Source: an uncultured Acidobacteriota bacterium (GTDB lineage Bacteria > Acidobacteriota > Thermoanaerobaculia > Gp7-AA8). From it: 64,000 nucleotides of DNA. Shown one piece after another: positions 9,566 to 21,323 of the stretch. The notes under the pieces were generated by a model. The model saw only the letters and a list, made by a program, of their open reading frames with translations, was not told where the DNA came from and did no database searches. The first letter of the stretch is position 1; each line of letters starts with the position of its first letter. Made by a program: the position numbers and the translations under genes. The stretch spans positions 864,001 to 928,000 of the forward strand of contig CAWGHO010000003.1 of the NCBI GenBank assembly GCA_963822445.1, given 5' to 3'.

Positions 9566-11101
9566 ATGTTCACCTTCAAGCTCGCCGACACTCCTGCCGA
9601 GATCGAGCAGATCCAGGCCCTTCACTACAAGACCTTCGTCGAGGAGATCCCGCAGCACCATCCCAACGAGGCGCGGCGGCATGTCGACAAGTTTCATGAC
9701 GACAACGTGTATGTGATCTCGCTGCGGGATGACGAGGTGGTTGGGTCGCTGGCGGTGCGGACGCACCGGCCGTTTTCGCTCGACGGGAAGCTGGAGGATC
9801 TCGACAGCTATCTGCCCGAGGGGCGGCGGATCTGCGAGGTGCGGCTGCTGTCGATCGATCGCGAGCATCGCACCGGCGTCGTGTTGCCGGGGATCCTGTC
9901 GGCGTTTCACGACTACGCGATGGGGCAGCGGTTCGACTGCGCGGTGATCTCGGCGACGACGCGGCAATTGAAGCTTTACGCGCAGCTCGGATTCGAGCCG
10001 TTCGGGCCGCTCGTCGGAACGGACGAGGCACCGTTTCAGCCGATGATCGTCACGCTGGAGCGGTTCCGCGAGCATGTCCGCCGCTTCGGCGCGCTGCCGC
10101 CGGCGATGCGCGGCGAGATCGCGACCTTTCTTCCAGGGCCCGTCGCTGTGCATGCGGATGTCGCGGCGGCGTTCGCGTCGCCTCCGGCGTCGCATCGCTC
10201 CCACACGTTCAGCGATGACCTTCGGGCGGTGAAGGCCAGTCTCTGCGCGATGACGGGAGCGAAGCACGTCGCGGTGCTCTTAGGCAGCGGGACGGTGGCC
10301 AACGACGTCGTGGCCGCGCAGCTTTCGCTGCTCGAAGGTGCGCGCGGTCTCGTGGCGAGCAACGGCGAATTCGGGGAGCGGCTGGCCGATCACGCCTCTC
10401 GGGCGCGGCTGAACTTCGAGCATCTCCGCTTCGAGTGGGGACAGCCGCTCGACGTCCACGCGATCCGCGCGAAGAACGCCGATTGGACGTGGGTCGTGGC
10501 CTGCGAGACGTCGACGGGGACGCTCAACGACATCGCCGCGCTGGGTGACGTGCAGCGCTTGTGCGTCGACGCGGTCAGTGCGATCGGAGCGGTGCCGCTC
10601 GATCTCTCGAAGGTCTGGCTGGCGACGGGGGCCAGCGGAAAAGCGCTGGCGTCGTATCCAGGCCTGTCGTTCGTCTTTCACGATCACGCCGTCGCCCCGG
10701 CGCCGCACGGTCTACCGCGCTATCTCGACCTCGGACTGTACGGCGTCGAGGGAGAAGTGCCGTTCACGCATTCCTCGAATCTCGTGCGCGCGCTGCGCGT
10801 GGCCGTGGAGCGCGTGGACTGGCCGAAGCGCTACGCGGAACTGGCCCGCATCGGCGATTGGCTGCGCGCGCGGCTCGAAGCGGCCGGCGTGAAGCTCATT
10901 CGCTCATCCGCGCCGCATGTCGTCACGATCGAAGTGGACGACGCGGCGTCCGTCGCCGCCTCGCTGGAGAAGAGCGGATTCGTCGTCGCTCATGCGAGCT
11001 CCTACCTGCGCGCGCGCAACTGGTTGCAGATCGCGGTGATGGGGGAAGTGACGCGCGCGCAACTGAGCGGGGTGGTGCGGGAGCTGGGGCGGCGGATGTG
11101 A
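9566..11101 (+). CDS. GNAT-like acyltransferase domain fused to a class V PLP aminotransferase
   Basis: N-terminal ICEVRLLSID..LYAQLGFEPFG; C-terminal FLPGPV, GSGT, NGEFGERL, ETSTG, VDAVSAIG and ASGKAL (PLP lysine). Confidence 0.8.
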   Translation: MFTFKLADTPAEIEQIQALHYKTFVEEIPQHHPNEARRHVDKFHDDNVYVISLRDDEVVGSLAVRTHRPFSLDGKLEDLDSYLPEGRRICEVRLLSIDREHRTGVVLPGILSAFHDYAMGQRFDCAVISATTRQLKLYAQLGFEPFGPLVGTDEAPFQPMIVTLERFREHVRRFGALPPAMRGEIATFLPGPVAVHADVAAAFASPPASHRSHTFSDDLRAVKASLCAMTGAKHVAVLLGSGTVANDVVAAQLSLLEGARGLVASNGEFGERLADHASRARLNFEHLRFEWGQPLDVHAIRAKNADWTWVVACETSTGTLNDIAALGDVQRLCVDAVSAIGAVPLDLSKVWLATGASGKALASYPGLSFVFHDHAVAPAPHGLPRYLDLGLYGVEGEVPFTHSSNLVRALRVAVERVDWPKRYAELARIGDWLRARLEAAGVKLIRSSAPHVVTIEVDDAASVAASLEKSGFVVAHASSYLRARNWLQIAVMGEVTRAQLSGVVRELGRRM

Positions 11102-11113
11102 CGGAACGCCAGT

Positions 11114-11209
11114 TCTGGAGAGCGGCAGCAGAGCTGCCGCTCTCGCTTGCGCCAGCCGCAGCTGGCGCTGCGGCGAGTGAGAGCGGCGGCCTTGCCGCCG
11201 CAGTCCAGA
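11114..11209. repeat. 96-nt REP/REPIN-like palindromic element, copy 1
   Basis: TCTGGA...TCCAGA termini and GCGGCAGCA..GCTGCCGC hairpins; homologous copy at 33488-33583; lies between convergent genes. Confidence 0.8.
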
Positions 11210-11220
11210 GCTTGACGTCG

Positions 11221-14200
11221 TCACTCCATCCCAATCACAACCCCACCCGGCGCGCTGACCTCGACGGTCTTCTCCGCATACCCAATCGTCACCACCTTCA
11301 CCCGATACTTCCCTGGCGCAAGCGAGAACACGAACTCCGATCCGTCGGCGGTGCGTCTCGGACGGATCGGCAGGAGCGTTCCCTTCTCATCGGCGATGAC
11401 GAGGTGTGCTTCGAGCGGCGTTCCGTTTCGCGCGTCGACGACCCGCACGCGCAACTCCGACGCGGGCGCGAGCTCGAATTGCGCTCGGATCGCCGCGCTA
11501 CCGCCCGCGAGGACCTCCTGCGAGCGCTGCGCATACCCCGCGGCGGACGCTATCAGCAGGTGAGGTCCGCTCGCGGAAACGACCAGCGTGAACCGGCCGT
11601 TGAGATCGGTGATGGTCTCGCCTGAGAAAGCCGGCATGTTCGCGTTCACCGCCTCGCGGGGCACGAGCGTGACCAGAGCCTCGCGAATCGGCAGGCCGGT
11701 CGCGGCATCGAGCACGATCCCTTCGATGGTCTGCTCGGCGAGATGCACGTCGAAGGTCTCCGAGCCACGCACGTCCCGACTGGTCTGGTAACTCCGCGAC
11801 TGCAGCGCCTCGGCATGAACGAAGACCTGATAGCGCCCGCTGGCCGGCAGCCCGGCCTCGTACGTGCCGTCCTCGCGCGTCGTGGCGTTGACCATCCCGA
11901 ATTCTTCGTTGTGAAACACGACCTGCGCCCGCGCGACCGGCTTCGAAGCGCCATGCGTGACGCGGCCGCTGACGATCAACGCCGGTGTGAGATCGAGATC
12001 GACGCGCATTGTCTGTCCCGGCGAAAGCGCGACGCGCTTGCGGACCGTGGAGCGCGAGCCCGCCGCCGTCTCGACATGCGCGGCGATGTCCACCAGACCC
12101 GCCGGCGCGTTCTCGATCCGGTAGTTCCCCGACGCGTCGATCATTCCTTCGGCACCCCGTTCCGTCGATTGGGCGAAGACCGTTCCCCGCGCCATTTTTC
12201 CGCTGTCGCGGGGTAGGCCGGAGACAGTGCCGAAGACGACTCCGCGTCCGCGGCCATCGAGCTCGATCGTCACTTCGCGTCGCTGCCCGGGATCGACGTC
12301 GCCCACCTGCGCATGATGGGTCTCGAAGTTCGCGTTGAGCGTGTAGCGCGCGGCGATGAGCCCTTCCAGCGTGAACCGACCTCGCTCGTCGGTTGCGGCG
12401 GATTGATGATCCGAGCCGAGCGCGGACGTCGTGGCGTCGACGTTTGCGCCGGCGATCGGTTTTCCGTTGAGCGTGACGATCCCCGAAACCGTGAGGCCTC
12501 GCGCGAGGGTGATGTCGACACGCGTCTGCGGCTCGACGTCGATCGTCTTCCGCTGCATGACGTAGCCGCGGGCGCGGACGATGACCTGCGAAGAGCCGGT
12601 CTCGACGCCGGTGATGGTGAACGTGCCGTCTTCGCCCGTCGTCGCGGACATCGGACCCATGCGCGTCACCGACCGGCTGGACCGCGTGATCTCGCCGATC
12701 TCGCTCATGACCATGACCTGGGCCTCGAGCACGGGCTTGCCCTGCTCGTCGATGACTCGGCCGCTGACTGTTGCTCCGCGGCTCAGCGGAATCTCGACGA
12801 ATGCCTGCTCGCCTTCGACGATGCGGACTTCGCGCGGCTCCGAGGCGATGAAGCCGGTCGCCGCGGCAACGATGCGATACGCGCCGACGGGAACGGTCGT
12901 GTCGAACGTTCCGTCCTCGCGAGACTCGCCGCGCTGATGACCGCCGCGCCGGCGCTCGTTCCGCGGTTCATCGAGCGACTCGAGGGAGTACAGAAACTGC
13001 GGCACCGGCTTGCCGGTTGCCGCGTCGATGACGCGCCCGCGAAGCACGGCCACCGGCGGCAGATCGATGTCCAGTTCCGCCGGCGCTTCGACGGTCAACA
13101 CCCTGTCGACCATCTCCTCGGCCTTGAACACGGCCACGGTGAAGGTCTCGCGGGGAAGAGCGTCGAACACGAACTCGCCCTTTTCGTCGGTCTGCACCGC
13201 ACGCTCGCCGCGCGGCGCCGTGCCGCCGCGAAGCGTTACGTGTGCGCCGGACACAGGCTGCTTGCCGCGATGCACGCGGCCGCGGATCTGATGGCCGGTT
13301 TCGAGGGCGATGTCGATCGTCGTGGCGCGCGCGATCGATCGCGAGGTCGTCTGCTGCTGATGCTTCGGCGCGGATGCTGCGAAGACGTAGTCGTCGGCCT
13401 CGAGGTGGAGCATGGCTGTTCCGCCCGCGTCGGTCTTCACGCGCCGCCGCGCGGCGTGAGGCATGAGCAGGACGCCGGGATCGCCGAAACTCGCGATCTC
13501 CTCCGCGCCGGCGTAGCTGACATTCGCATCAGTCAGCGCCTTTCCCGCGCGATCGGTCACGCGAACGGTGACGGTCTCGAAGCGGGGGAGCGTGATGGTC
13601 GTGTTCTTCGCCTGCGCGAGCGGGAACGCTTTCGATCGCGTCGACGAATGGCGCGGCGGAGTCACCACGATCTCGACCGGATTCGTGTCCTCGAACGGCG
13701 GGGCAGGAACGGCGAACCGTCCGTCGGGGAAGGTGCGGGTGATGGGCTGGTGAAAATATTCGAGCGTGGGCCGGCCGGAAGGAACGAGCATCACATCCGC
13801 GCGCGCGACCGGTTTTCCGTCCGCATCGAGCACGCGGCCGGCGATGAGCTGCGCCGCGACGAGCTCGACGTCCTGCGACGCCTCGCGTGCCTGCGTCACA
13901 TCGGCGTACTGCATCTCGCTGTCGGCGTACATCCGACTCTCGTGAATCGATCGCAGGCGAGGCGACAGTCCATCGCCCATCGCCACCATGTAGCGTCCCG
14001 CCGCGACGTTGATGCGGTAGCGGCCTTTGTCGTCCGTGGTGATGGTCGTCGGCGAGTGGTAGACCTCGCCCAGGCCGTGAATCATCACCGGCGCATTCGC
14101 CAGCGGCTTCTTGCCGATGCGAGCGATGCCCGTGATCACGCGATCCCGTTCGACCACCGGTGCCGAAGTGGCGCGGCCAGCACGCATCGGCACGGCGCTG

Positions 14201-14496
14201 GTCGTCATGATCATGTCTTCGCGGCCGAGGGTGATGGTCAGGGGTGGATCGCCGGCAAGGGCCAGCAGTTTCGCGGCAGGCATGTTCGCCGCGCGCACCT
14301 CGATGTTGACGATCGAATCGGCAGGTGCGGTGACCTTGAAATGGCCGTCATCGGAGGTCGTCGCGCGTTGTGAACCGGCGGTGACGGCGGCTTTCGCGAC
14401 CGGCGTTCCGTCGGGCGTGTAGACGTAGCCTTCCACGTCGACCGCGAGTGCGGCGGGCGCGGCAAGCAGCATCAGCAGCAGAGCGAACCGTGTCAT
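11221..14496 (-). CDS. large secreted protein with tandem carboxypeptidase-regulatory-like (beta-sandwich) repeats
   Basis: Signal peptide MTRFALLLMLLAAPAALA; about 10 repeats of GRV.D..GKPV..A.V...TD..GRF. Confidence 0.85.
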   Translation of the reverse strand: MTRFALLLMLLAAPAALAVDVEGYVYTPDGTPVAKAAVTAGSQRATTSDDGHFKVTAPADSIVNIEVRAANMPAAKLLALAGDPPLTITLGREDMIMTTSAVPMRAGRATSAPVVERDRVITGIARIGKKPLANAPVMIHGLGEVYHSPTTITTDDKGRYRINVAAGRYMVAMGDGLSPRLRSIHESRMYADSEMQYADVTQAREASQDVELVAAQLIAGRVLDADGKPVARADVMLVPSGRPTLEYFHQPITRTFPDGRFAVPAPPFEDTNPVEIVVTPPRHSSTRSKAFPLAQAKNTTITLPRFETVTVRVTDRAGKALTDANVSYAGAEEIASFGDPGVLLMPHAARRRVKTDAGGTAMLHLEADDYVFAASAPKHQQQTTSRSIARATTIDIALETGHQIRGRVHRGKQPVSGAHVTLRGGTAPRGERAVQTDEKGEFVFDALPRETFTVAVFKAEEMVDRVLTVEAPAELDIDLPPVAVLRGRVIDAATGKPVPQFLYSLESLDEPRNERRRGGHQRGESREDGTFDTTVPVGAYRIVAAATGFIASEPREVRIVEGEQAFVEIPLSRGATVSGRVIDEQGKPVLEAQVMVMSEIGEITRSSRSVTRMGPMSATTGEDGTFTITGVETGSSQVIVRARGYVMQRKTIDVEPQTRVDITLARGLTVSGIVTLNGKPIAGANVDATTSALGSDHQSAATDERGRFTLEGLIAARYTLNANFETHHAQVGDVDPGQRREVTIELDGRGRGVVFGTVSGLPRDSGKMARGTVFAQSTERGAEGMIDASGNYRIENAPAGLVDIAAHVETAAGSRSTVRKRVALSPGQTMRVDLDLTPALIVSGRVTHGASKPVARAQVVFHNEEFGMVNATTREDGTYEAGLPASGRYQVFVHAEALQSRSYQTSRDVRGSETFDVHLAEQTIEGIVLDAATGLPIREALVTLVPREAVNANMPAFSGETITDLNGRFTLVVSASGPHLLIASAAGYAQRSQEVLAGGSAAIRAQFELAPASELRVRVVDARNGTPLEAHLVIADEKGTLLPIRPRRTADGSEFVFSLAPGKYRVKVVTIGYAEKTVEVSAPGGVVIGME

Positions 14497-14560
14497 CGCC
14501 AGTGAAAAGCGCTGCCGGGCGGTGAAATATTTGCAGTGCAGACTCATCGGAGGAAAACCG

Positions 14561-15333
<773 letters not shown>

Positions 15334-15335
<2 letters not shown>

Positions 15336-17374
15336 AAGCTCGCAGCGCGACTCTGTCCCCGAACCGCGCAGCCACCGCGGCCATCATCGTTTCGGTGGCC
15401 GCGTTCACTTCCTCGTTCGTCAGGGCGTGATCGGCGAGGTATTCGATCTCGAACGTGATCGCGTTGGCGTCCGGCAGTTCGAAGAGATCGGTGATGCGGA
15501 TCGTGCGGATGAAGGACGGCGCGGCGGCGAGCAGCGTCGCGCTGACTTCGCCGGCGCTGATTCCGCGCGGAATCGCATACGCCACATTGCGCACGACGGC
15601 CTGGCGTGAGGGCGGCTCGGTGTAGGTCTTCGGCAGCGGCGATGCGAGCAGCGATTCGCTCTCGATCTCGAAATACACCGGCCGCTGGCGTTTGATGTCG
15701 AAGCGTTGCAGCACGGAGCGGATGAAGCTCACCGACGATGCCGCGCAGCGATCCATTGACCTGGATTCTGGCGCGGCGGCCGGGATGGAAGAAGGACTCG
15801 AGACGATGTCCGTCTGATGCGACCAGCTGGATGTCGACGCGGAGCTCCAGCCGCAGTTGCTCGAGGATGCCTTTGACGTAAATCGCGTCGGCGTTGCGTC
15901 CTTTGTCACCCCAGAACGGACCGCGATCGCGGCCGTTGACCAGCCCCCACAGCACGCCCTGTTCGGAGAGATCGGCGAGGTAGATCTTCGCCCACTCGTA
16001 AATCTTCAGGCTGGCGGTCTTGAGGTTGAGGTTCGTGACCAGCGCGTCGAGCGCCTGCGCAAGCGTGTTGTTGCGCATGAGCGAGTAGTTCTTCTCGATC
16101 GAGTTCTGCATCTCCACGTGCGGCCACAAGGCATCGCCTTCGACGACGCCGAGGCGGTCGCGCATGCCGCGGCCGTAAAAGCTGTCGGTGAAGATCTCGT
16201 AGAAACCTTCGGCGACGAGGACTTCGTTCACGTGCGCGACGACGTTCTCTTCGTGCGACGGCAGCGCGCCCATTTCCACGTGCGGCAGCGTAACCACTGT
16301 CTCGTTGTAGCCCACGCTCTTCACCAGCTCCTCGGCGATGTCCGCCTCGAAGTGCACATCCCAGAGGCGATGGGGAGGCACGATCGCGCGGAACGTCTGC
16401 TCGTTCGGATCCTCAATGGCGAAGCCGTAGCGCGTCAGGCGATCGGCCATCTGCATCGCGCTGATTTCCGCGCCGATGAAACGACGCATCGCCGGAACGT
16501 GAACTTCGATCGTCCTCTGCGGATCGCGCCAGTCGCCCGCGGCGTAGGCATTGCCGATGCGATAGCCGGAGTATTTTTCCAGCAGATACGCGACCCGCGA
16601 GGCACCGATGAGCGGCAGACTCGGATCGCCGCCGCGCATGAAGCGCGCCGCGGCATCGGTCGGTTGATCGAGCTTTCGCGAAGCGATGCGCACGGCAACC
16701 GGATCGAAAGTCGCGGACTCGAGGAGGATTCGCGTCGTCTTCGGCGTAACCGACGACTCCACGCAGCCGATGACGCCGGCGATGCCGAGGATCTTCGACT
16801 CGTCGGCGATCACGAGCGTGCCTTCGGGGATCTCCACGGCTTCCGGCGTGAAGAGCATCCACGCCTTTTCGTCTTTGCGCGACGTGCGAATGATGATCGG
16901 TCCGTCGATCGTGTCCGCGTCGAAGGCATGCGTCGGTTGGCCGATCTCGATGTTGGCGAGGTTCGACGCGTCAACGGACGCGCTGATGGAATGGATGTCG
17001 GCAGCGGTGAGGGGGAGGAGAGCTTCGCCTGGCAGCACACCGCCATCGGTTTTGAACAGCTCCGTCACCGTGTACACGAGACAGAGCGGCGACTCGATAC
17101 GCACGCGATCGGGCGTCGCGTTCTGCCGGTTCAGTGTCGCAACCGGCGGATAACGCAACCGCCCGCCCGTCCGCCCGCTCGCTTCGCGGGCGATGCCGGC
17201 GTAGCAGTAGTGATCGCCGCGGTTCGCCAGGAGCTCGACGTTGAACACCGTGCCGAGCGACGAGGTCTCCGCGGTTTTCACTTCGATGCCGACGTCGTCG
17301 AGGAGCTCGCGCGCGTCGTGCAGGCGCTCGGGCATGTCGATGAAGGTGCGCAGATGTTCAAGGAGGATCTTCAC
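15334..17374 (-). CDS. pheT: phenylalanine--tRNA ligase beta subunit, short form lacking the B2 OB-fold; one apparent frameshift near 15715
   Basis: GTG start overlaps the pheS stop; VELLANRGD, VDASN..IEIGQPTHAFDAD, LLESATFDP, DIAEELVK and GIVGELHP; C-terminal anticodon-binding domain in the shifted frame (15334..15909). Confidence 0.88.
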
Positions 17375-18429
17375 AGGCCCCCTCGGTGGATGGTGCGGTG
17401 AACGCGCAGGTCCTGTTCGTAAAGCGGTTTGAGCGCGGTCATGCCCGCGGCCTGCGCGGCGATGCGCGTTGTGCCGAGGCCGAAGGCGATGCCGCTGACC
17501 CGGGTGTGGTCGTAGCCGAACTCGATGAAGACCTTGGGATGGATCATCCCCGAGCCGAGGATGGTGATCCAGCCCGCGCCGCGGCAGGTCGGGCACTCGT
17601 CGGTCTTGCCGAAGCAGACCGCGCACTGGATGTCCATGCCCACCGAGGGCTCGGTGTAGGGGTAGTACTTCGGCTTGAAGCGGAACTTGTGCTCCGCGCC
17701 GTAAATCGATTTCGCGATCTCCAGCAGCGTGCCTTTGAGATCGCCGAAGGTCAGGCCTTCCTCGACCCAGATGCCTTCGAACTGGTGAAACATCGCCAGG
17801 TGGGTCGCGTCGACAGCCTCGTTGCGATACACACGGCCCGCGGCGACGACTTTGATCGGCAGGGGAGGCTTCGATTCCAGCACGCGGGCCTGCACGGTGG
17901 TGGTGTGCGAGCGCAGGAGCATGTTGTTCGGCAGCCAGAACGTGTCCTGCATGTCCCGCGCGGGATGGTTCTCGGGGATGTTGAGCGCGTCGAAGTTGTA
18001 ATACGGCGTCTCGATGTCCGGCCCCGGCTCGAGCCGGAACCCGAGCCGGCGCATGACGTCCATGCACTTTTGATGGACCTGGGTGAGCGGATGCGTCGAG
18101 CCGCGCTGCTGGGCGATGCCGGGTAGGGTGAGGTCCTGCCACTCGCTCTCGATCTGTTTCGCAACCGCCGCCTCGGCGACTCGGGCGTTGGCTTCGTCGA
18201 GCTCGCGCTCGATGTGTGCTTGCAGGTCGTTGAGGCCTTGTGCGAATTGCGCTCTGATGTCCGCATCCATCGAGCCGAGCGATTTGAGCTGCTTTCTGAC
18301 GTCTGACTTCTTACCGAGATACTTCGTCCTTAGCTCATTCAGTTCCTCAGGGGTCTGCGCGTCTGAGAGTTCGGTATCGAACGTGGCTCGGATGTTGTCC
18401 GCCGCTTCGGCGGGTATGAGCGGTTTCAC
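17371..18429 (-). CDS. pheS: phenylalanine--tRNA ligase alpha subunit (divergent motifs)
   Basis: NFDALNIPENHPARDMQDTF, LRSHTT, GRVYRNE, FHQFEG, YYPYTEPS and GIAFGLG; CxxC..CxxC insert; GTG overlaps the lysS stop. Confidence 0.93.
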   Translation of the reverse strand: MKPLIPAEAADNIRATFDTELSDAQTPEELNELRTKYLGKKSDVRKQLKSLGSMDADIRAQFAQGLNDLQAHIERELDEANARVAEAAVAKQIESEWQDLTLPGIAQQRGSTHPLTQVHQKCMDVMRRLGFRLEPGPDIETPYYNFDALNIPENHPARDMQDTFWLPNNMLLRSHTTTVQARVLESKPPLPIKVVAAGRVYRNEAVDATHLAMFHQFEGIWVEEGLTFGDLKGTLLEIAKSIYGAEHKFRFKPKYYPYTEPSVGMDIQCAVCFGKTDECPTCRGAGWITILGSGMIHPKVFIEFGYDHTRVSGIAFGLGTTRIAAQAAGMTALKPLYEQDLRVHRTIHRGGL

Positions 18430-19960
18430 GCAGATTCCTCTGAGCCTGTGAGCCTCTGAGCCTCTGAGCCTTCCGGCTCCTCGGCCTCCGGCTTCATCAA
18501 CGGAAACCAAACCACATCCCGCAGGTTCGGCGCATCCGTCAGCAGGGCGACGAAGCGATCGATGCCCATGCCCCAGCCGGAGATCGGCGGCATGCCGAAC
18601 TCCATCGCCGTCAGGTAATCCTCGTCGGCGGGCATGGCCTCGTCGTCGCCTTTCTTGCGCAGCTCGGCCTGTTCCTCGAAGCGGCGGCGCTGGTCGAGCG
18701 GGTCGACGAGCTCGGAGTAGGCGTTGATCACTTCCCACGTATCGACGACGAGCTGGAAACGATCGACGGCATCGGGATTCGTGTCGCTGCGGCGAGCGAG
18801 CGGGGAGAGGTCGACGGGATGGCCGACGATGAACGTCGGCTGGATCAGCGTCGGACGCGCGGTGCGCTTGTAGAGCTGGTCGATGAGGCTTCCGCGGCCC
18901 GCACCGGGATTATCCAGCTCGACCTTCACCGCGAAGATCGCTTTGCGCAGCGAATCGGCGTCTTTGTACTGATCGATGTCGATGCCGCTGTGCTCGCGGA
19001 TCACATCGCGCGAGCCGGCGCCGCGGCCAGGGCTGCTCGAAGTCGATGGTCTTGCCGCCGCGCTCGATCTGCAGCGTGCCCACCGCCTCCTTGATCGCAT
19101 GCTTGAGCAGCGCCTCGGTGAAGGTCATGTTGTCTTCGTAGTTCCAGTAGGCCGCGTAGAACTCCAGCATCGTGAATTCCTGGAGGTGCGACGCGGCCAG
19201 ACCTTCGTTGCGGAAGCAGCGCGCGAACTCGTAGACGCGGTCGTAGCCGCCGACGATGAGACGCTTGAGATACGTCTCCGGCGCAATGCGCAGGACGAGA
19301 TCCATGTCGAGCGCGTTGTGATGCGTGAAGAACGGCCGGGCCAGAGCGCCCGACTGCGTGCGTGTTGAGGATCGGCGTCTCGACTTCGACGAAGCCGCTG
19401 CGGTTCAGGAAGTCGCGCAGCGCATTGACGGACTTCGTGCGCACGCGAAAGCGATTGCGCGTCTCTTCGTTCGACACGAGATCGAGGTAGCGCTTGCGCC
19501 AGTTCAGCTCCGATGTCTTTGACGCCCTGGTACTTGTTCGGCGGCGGATTGCAGGGTCTTGCCGAGGAAGATCCAGTTGCGGACTTTGATGGTCAGCTCG
19601 CCCTTGTCGGTGTGGTACATCTCGCCTTCGACGCCGAGGAAATCCCAGCGGTCGACGGTTTTGGAGAAGAGCTCGTACTTCTTCCGGCTCACCTCGGGAT
19701 CGTCATCGAGCTGATCGCGCGACGAGGGCGAGCTGGATGTGCCCGTCGAAGTCCTCCAGCGTGGCGAACGTGAGCTTCCCGAACTTGCGCAGCTGCCCGA
19801 CGCGACCGGCCGCGCGCACCTTCGTCCCATCCGCGAGCTTCATCGATTTCCGCGATGCGTGTGCGTGCGCTCGAAACGGTCCGGATGAACCTGAATCCCG
19901 GCGCGCCTCGAGGGCTTCTCGTTTTTCGATGCGGACGTCGCGGAGGGACTGCTCGGCCAT
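18426..19960 (-). CDS. lysS: class II lysine--tRNA ligase, broken by several apparent indels
   Basis: Consecutive fragments: OB-fold ([15 protein letters not shown]), [44 protein letters not shown] and [14 protein letters not shown]. Confidence 0.9.
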
Positions 19961-19982
19961 AGGGGCGGGAGAATAGCAGACG

Positions 19983-20072
19983 AGGCTCAAAGGCTCAGAG
20001 GCTCAAAGGCTCAAAGCAGAGGCGTGTCCATTCATGACCTTTGAGCCTCTGCGCCTTTGAGCCTTTGAGCCA
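19983..20072. repeat. intergenic palindrome with tandem octamer arms (GGCTCARA / TYTGAGCC)
   Basis: aggctcaaaggctcagaggctcaaaggctcaaag ... cctttgagcctctgcgcctttgagcctttgagcc; a half copy lies in the lysS 3' end at 18437-18471. Confidence 0.85.
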
Positions 20073-20094
20073 TGCGATGCACAATGCCCCGCCC

Positions 20095-21311
20095 ATGAAC
20101 GTCGACCACATCCGCGCCCAGTTTCCCGCTCTCGAACGCACGCCACAACGGCCATCCCGTCGCGTACTTCGATGCGCCCGGCGGGACGCAGGTGCCGCGC
20201 GTCGTCGCGGAGGCGATGACCGACTATCTCTTTCACCACAACGCCAACACGCACTGGGACTATCCGACCAGCGAGGAGACCGACGCGATCATCAGCGGAG
20301 CGCGAGAAGCCGCGGCGGATCTGCTCGGTGCGTCACCGGACGAGATCGCCTTCGGCGCGAACATGACCACGCTCACCTTCCACCTGGCCCGCGCCCTCGG
20401 CCGGATGTGGTCGGAAGGCGACGAGGTGATCGTGACCGAGCTCGATCATCACGCCAACGTCGCGCCGTGGCGCGCGCTGGAGATCGATCGCGGCATCGAG
20501 GTCCGTTCGCGCGAAGCTGAATTGCGATGGCGGGCAGCTCGATTACGACCACCTCGCGTCGCTGGTCTCGCCGCGGACGAAGCTCATCGCCGTGGGCGGG
20601 GCGTCGAATGCGATCGGAACGATCAACGACCTGCGGCGAGTCGCGCAGATCGCCAAAGCCGCGAACGCGCTGCTGTTCGTCGACGCCGTGCATCTCGTGC
20701 CTCACGAGCTCCTCGACGTGCGCGAGATCGGCTGCGACTTCCTGGCCTGCTCGTCGTACAAGTTCTACGGTCCGCACGAGGGCATCCTCTGGGGACGCTT
20801 CGAGCTACTCGACACCCTGCCGTTTCCGAAGCTGCTGCCGGCGCCGGACACCGCGCCGGAGCGGGTGGAGACGGGAACGCAGAACCACGAAGGCATCGCC
20901 GGAATCACAGCGACGATCGATTTCCTGGCGTCGATCGGCGGAGAGGGCGGCACACGACGCGAACGGCTCGGCCGCGCCTTCGCCGGACTTCACGAAGAAG
21001 GGCAGCGGTTCGCGGCGATGATCTGGGAAGGGCTCAGCGCGTTGCCGCGAGTCCGTGTCTACGGACCGCCTCCCGGTCAGCCGCGCACGCCGACGATCTC
21101 CTTCACGATCGACGGCATGCACGCCGATGACGTGGCCCGCGCGCTTGCCGCCGAAGGTCTGTTCGTGAGCAGCGGCGACTTCTACGCGGCGACTGTCTGC
21201 GAGCGGTACGCGGTGGAGAGTCTGGTGCGGGTCGGATGCGCCTGCTACACGACGGAAAACGACGTGCGCCGGCTCGTTGACGGTGTGGCGCGGATCGCAT
21301 CGGTGCAGTAG
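20095..21311 (+). CDS. cysteine desulfurase-like PLP enzyme (VC1184-type), two apparent frameshifts
   Basis: IRAQFPAL, YFDAPGGTQVP, FGANMTTL, LDHHANVAPW, FVDAVH, CSSYKFYGPH and ETGTQNHEG across three frames. Confidence 0.85.
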
Positions 21312-21323
21312 GATCGACCGGCA

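Noticed and set aside
18426-19960. lysS (also pheT and hisS) as pseudogenes or programmed frameshift genes
   Set aside because: Essential genes with intact motifs and multiple scattered indels, with no consistent slippery sites; sequencing error is more parsimonious.
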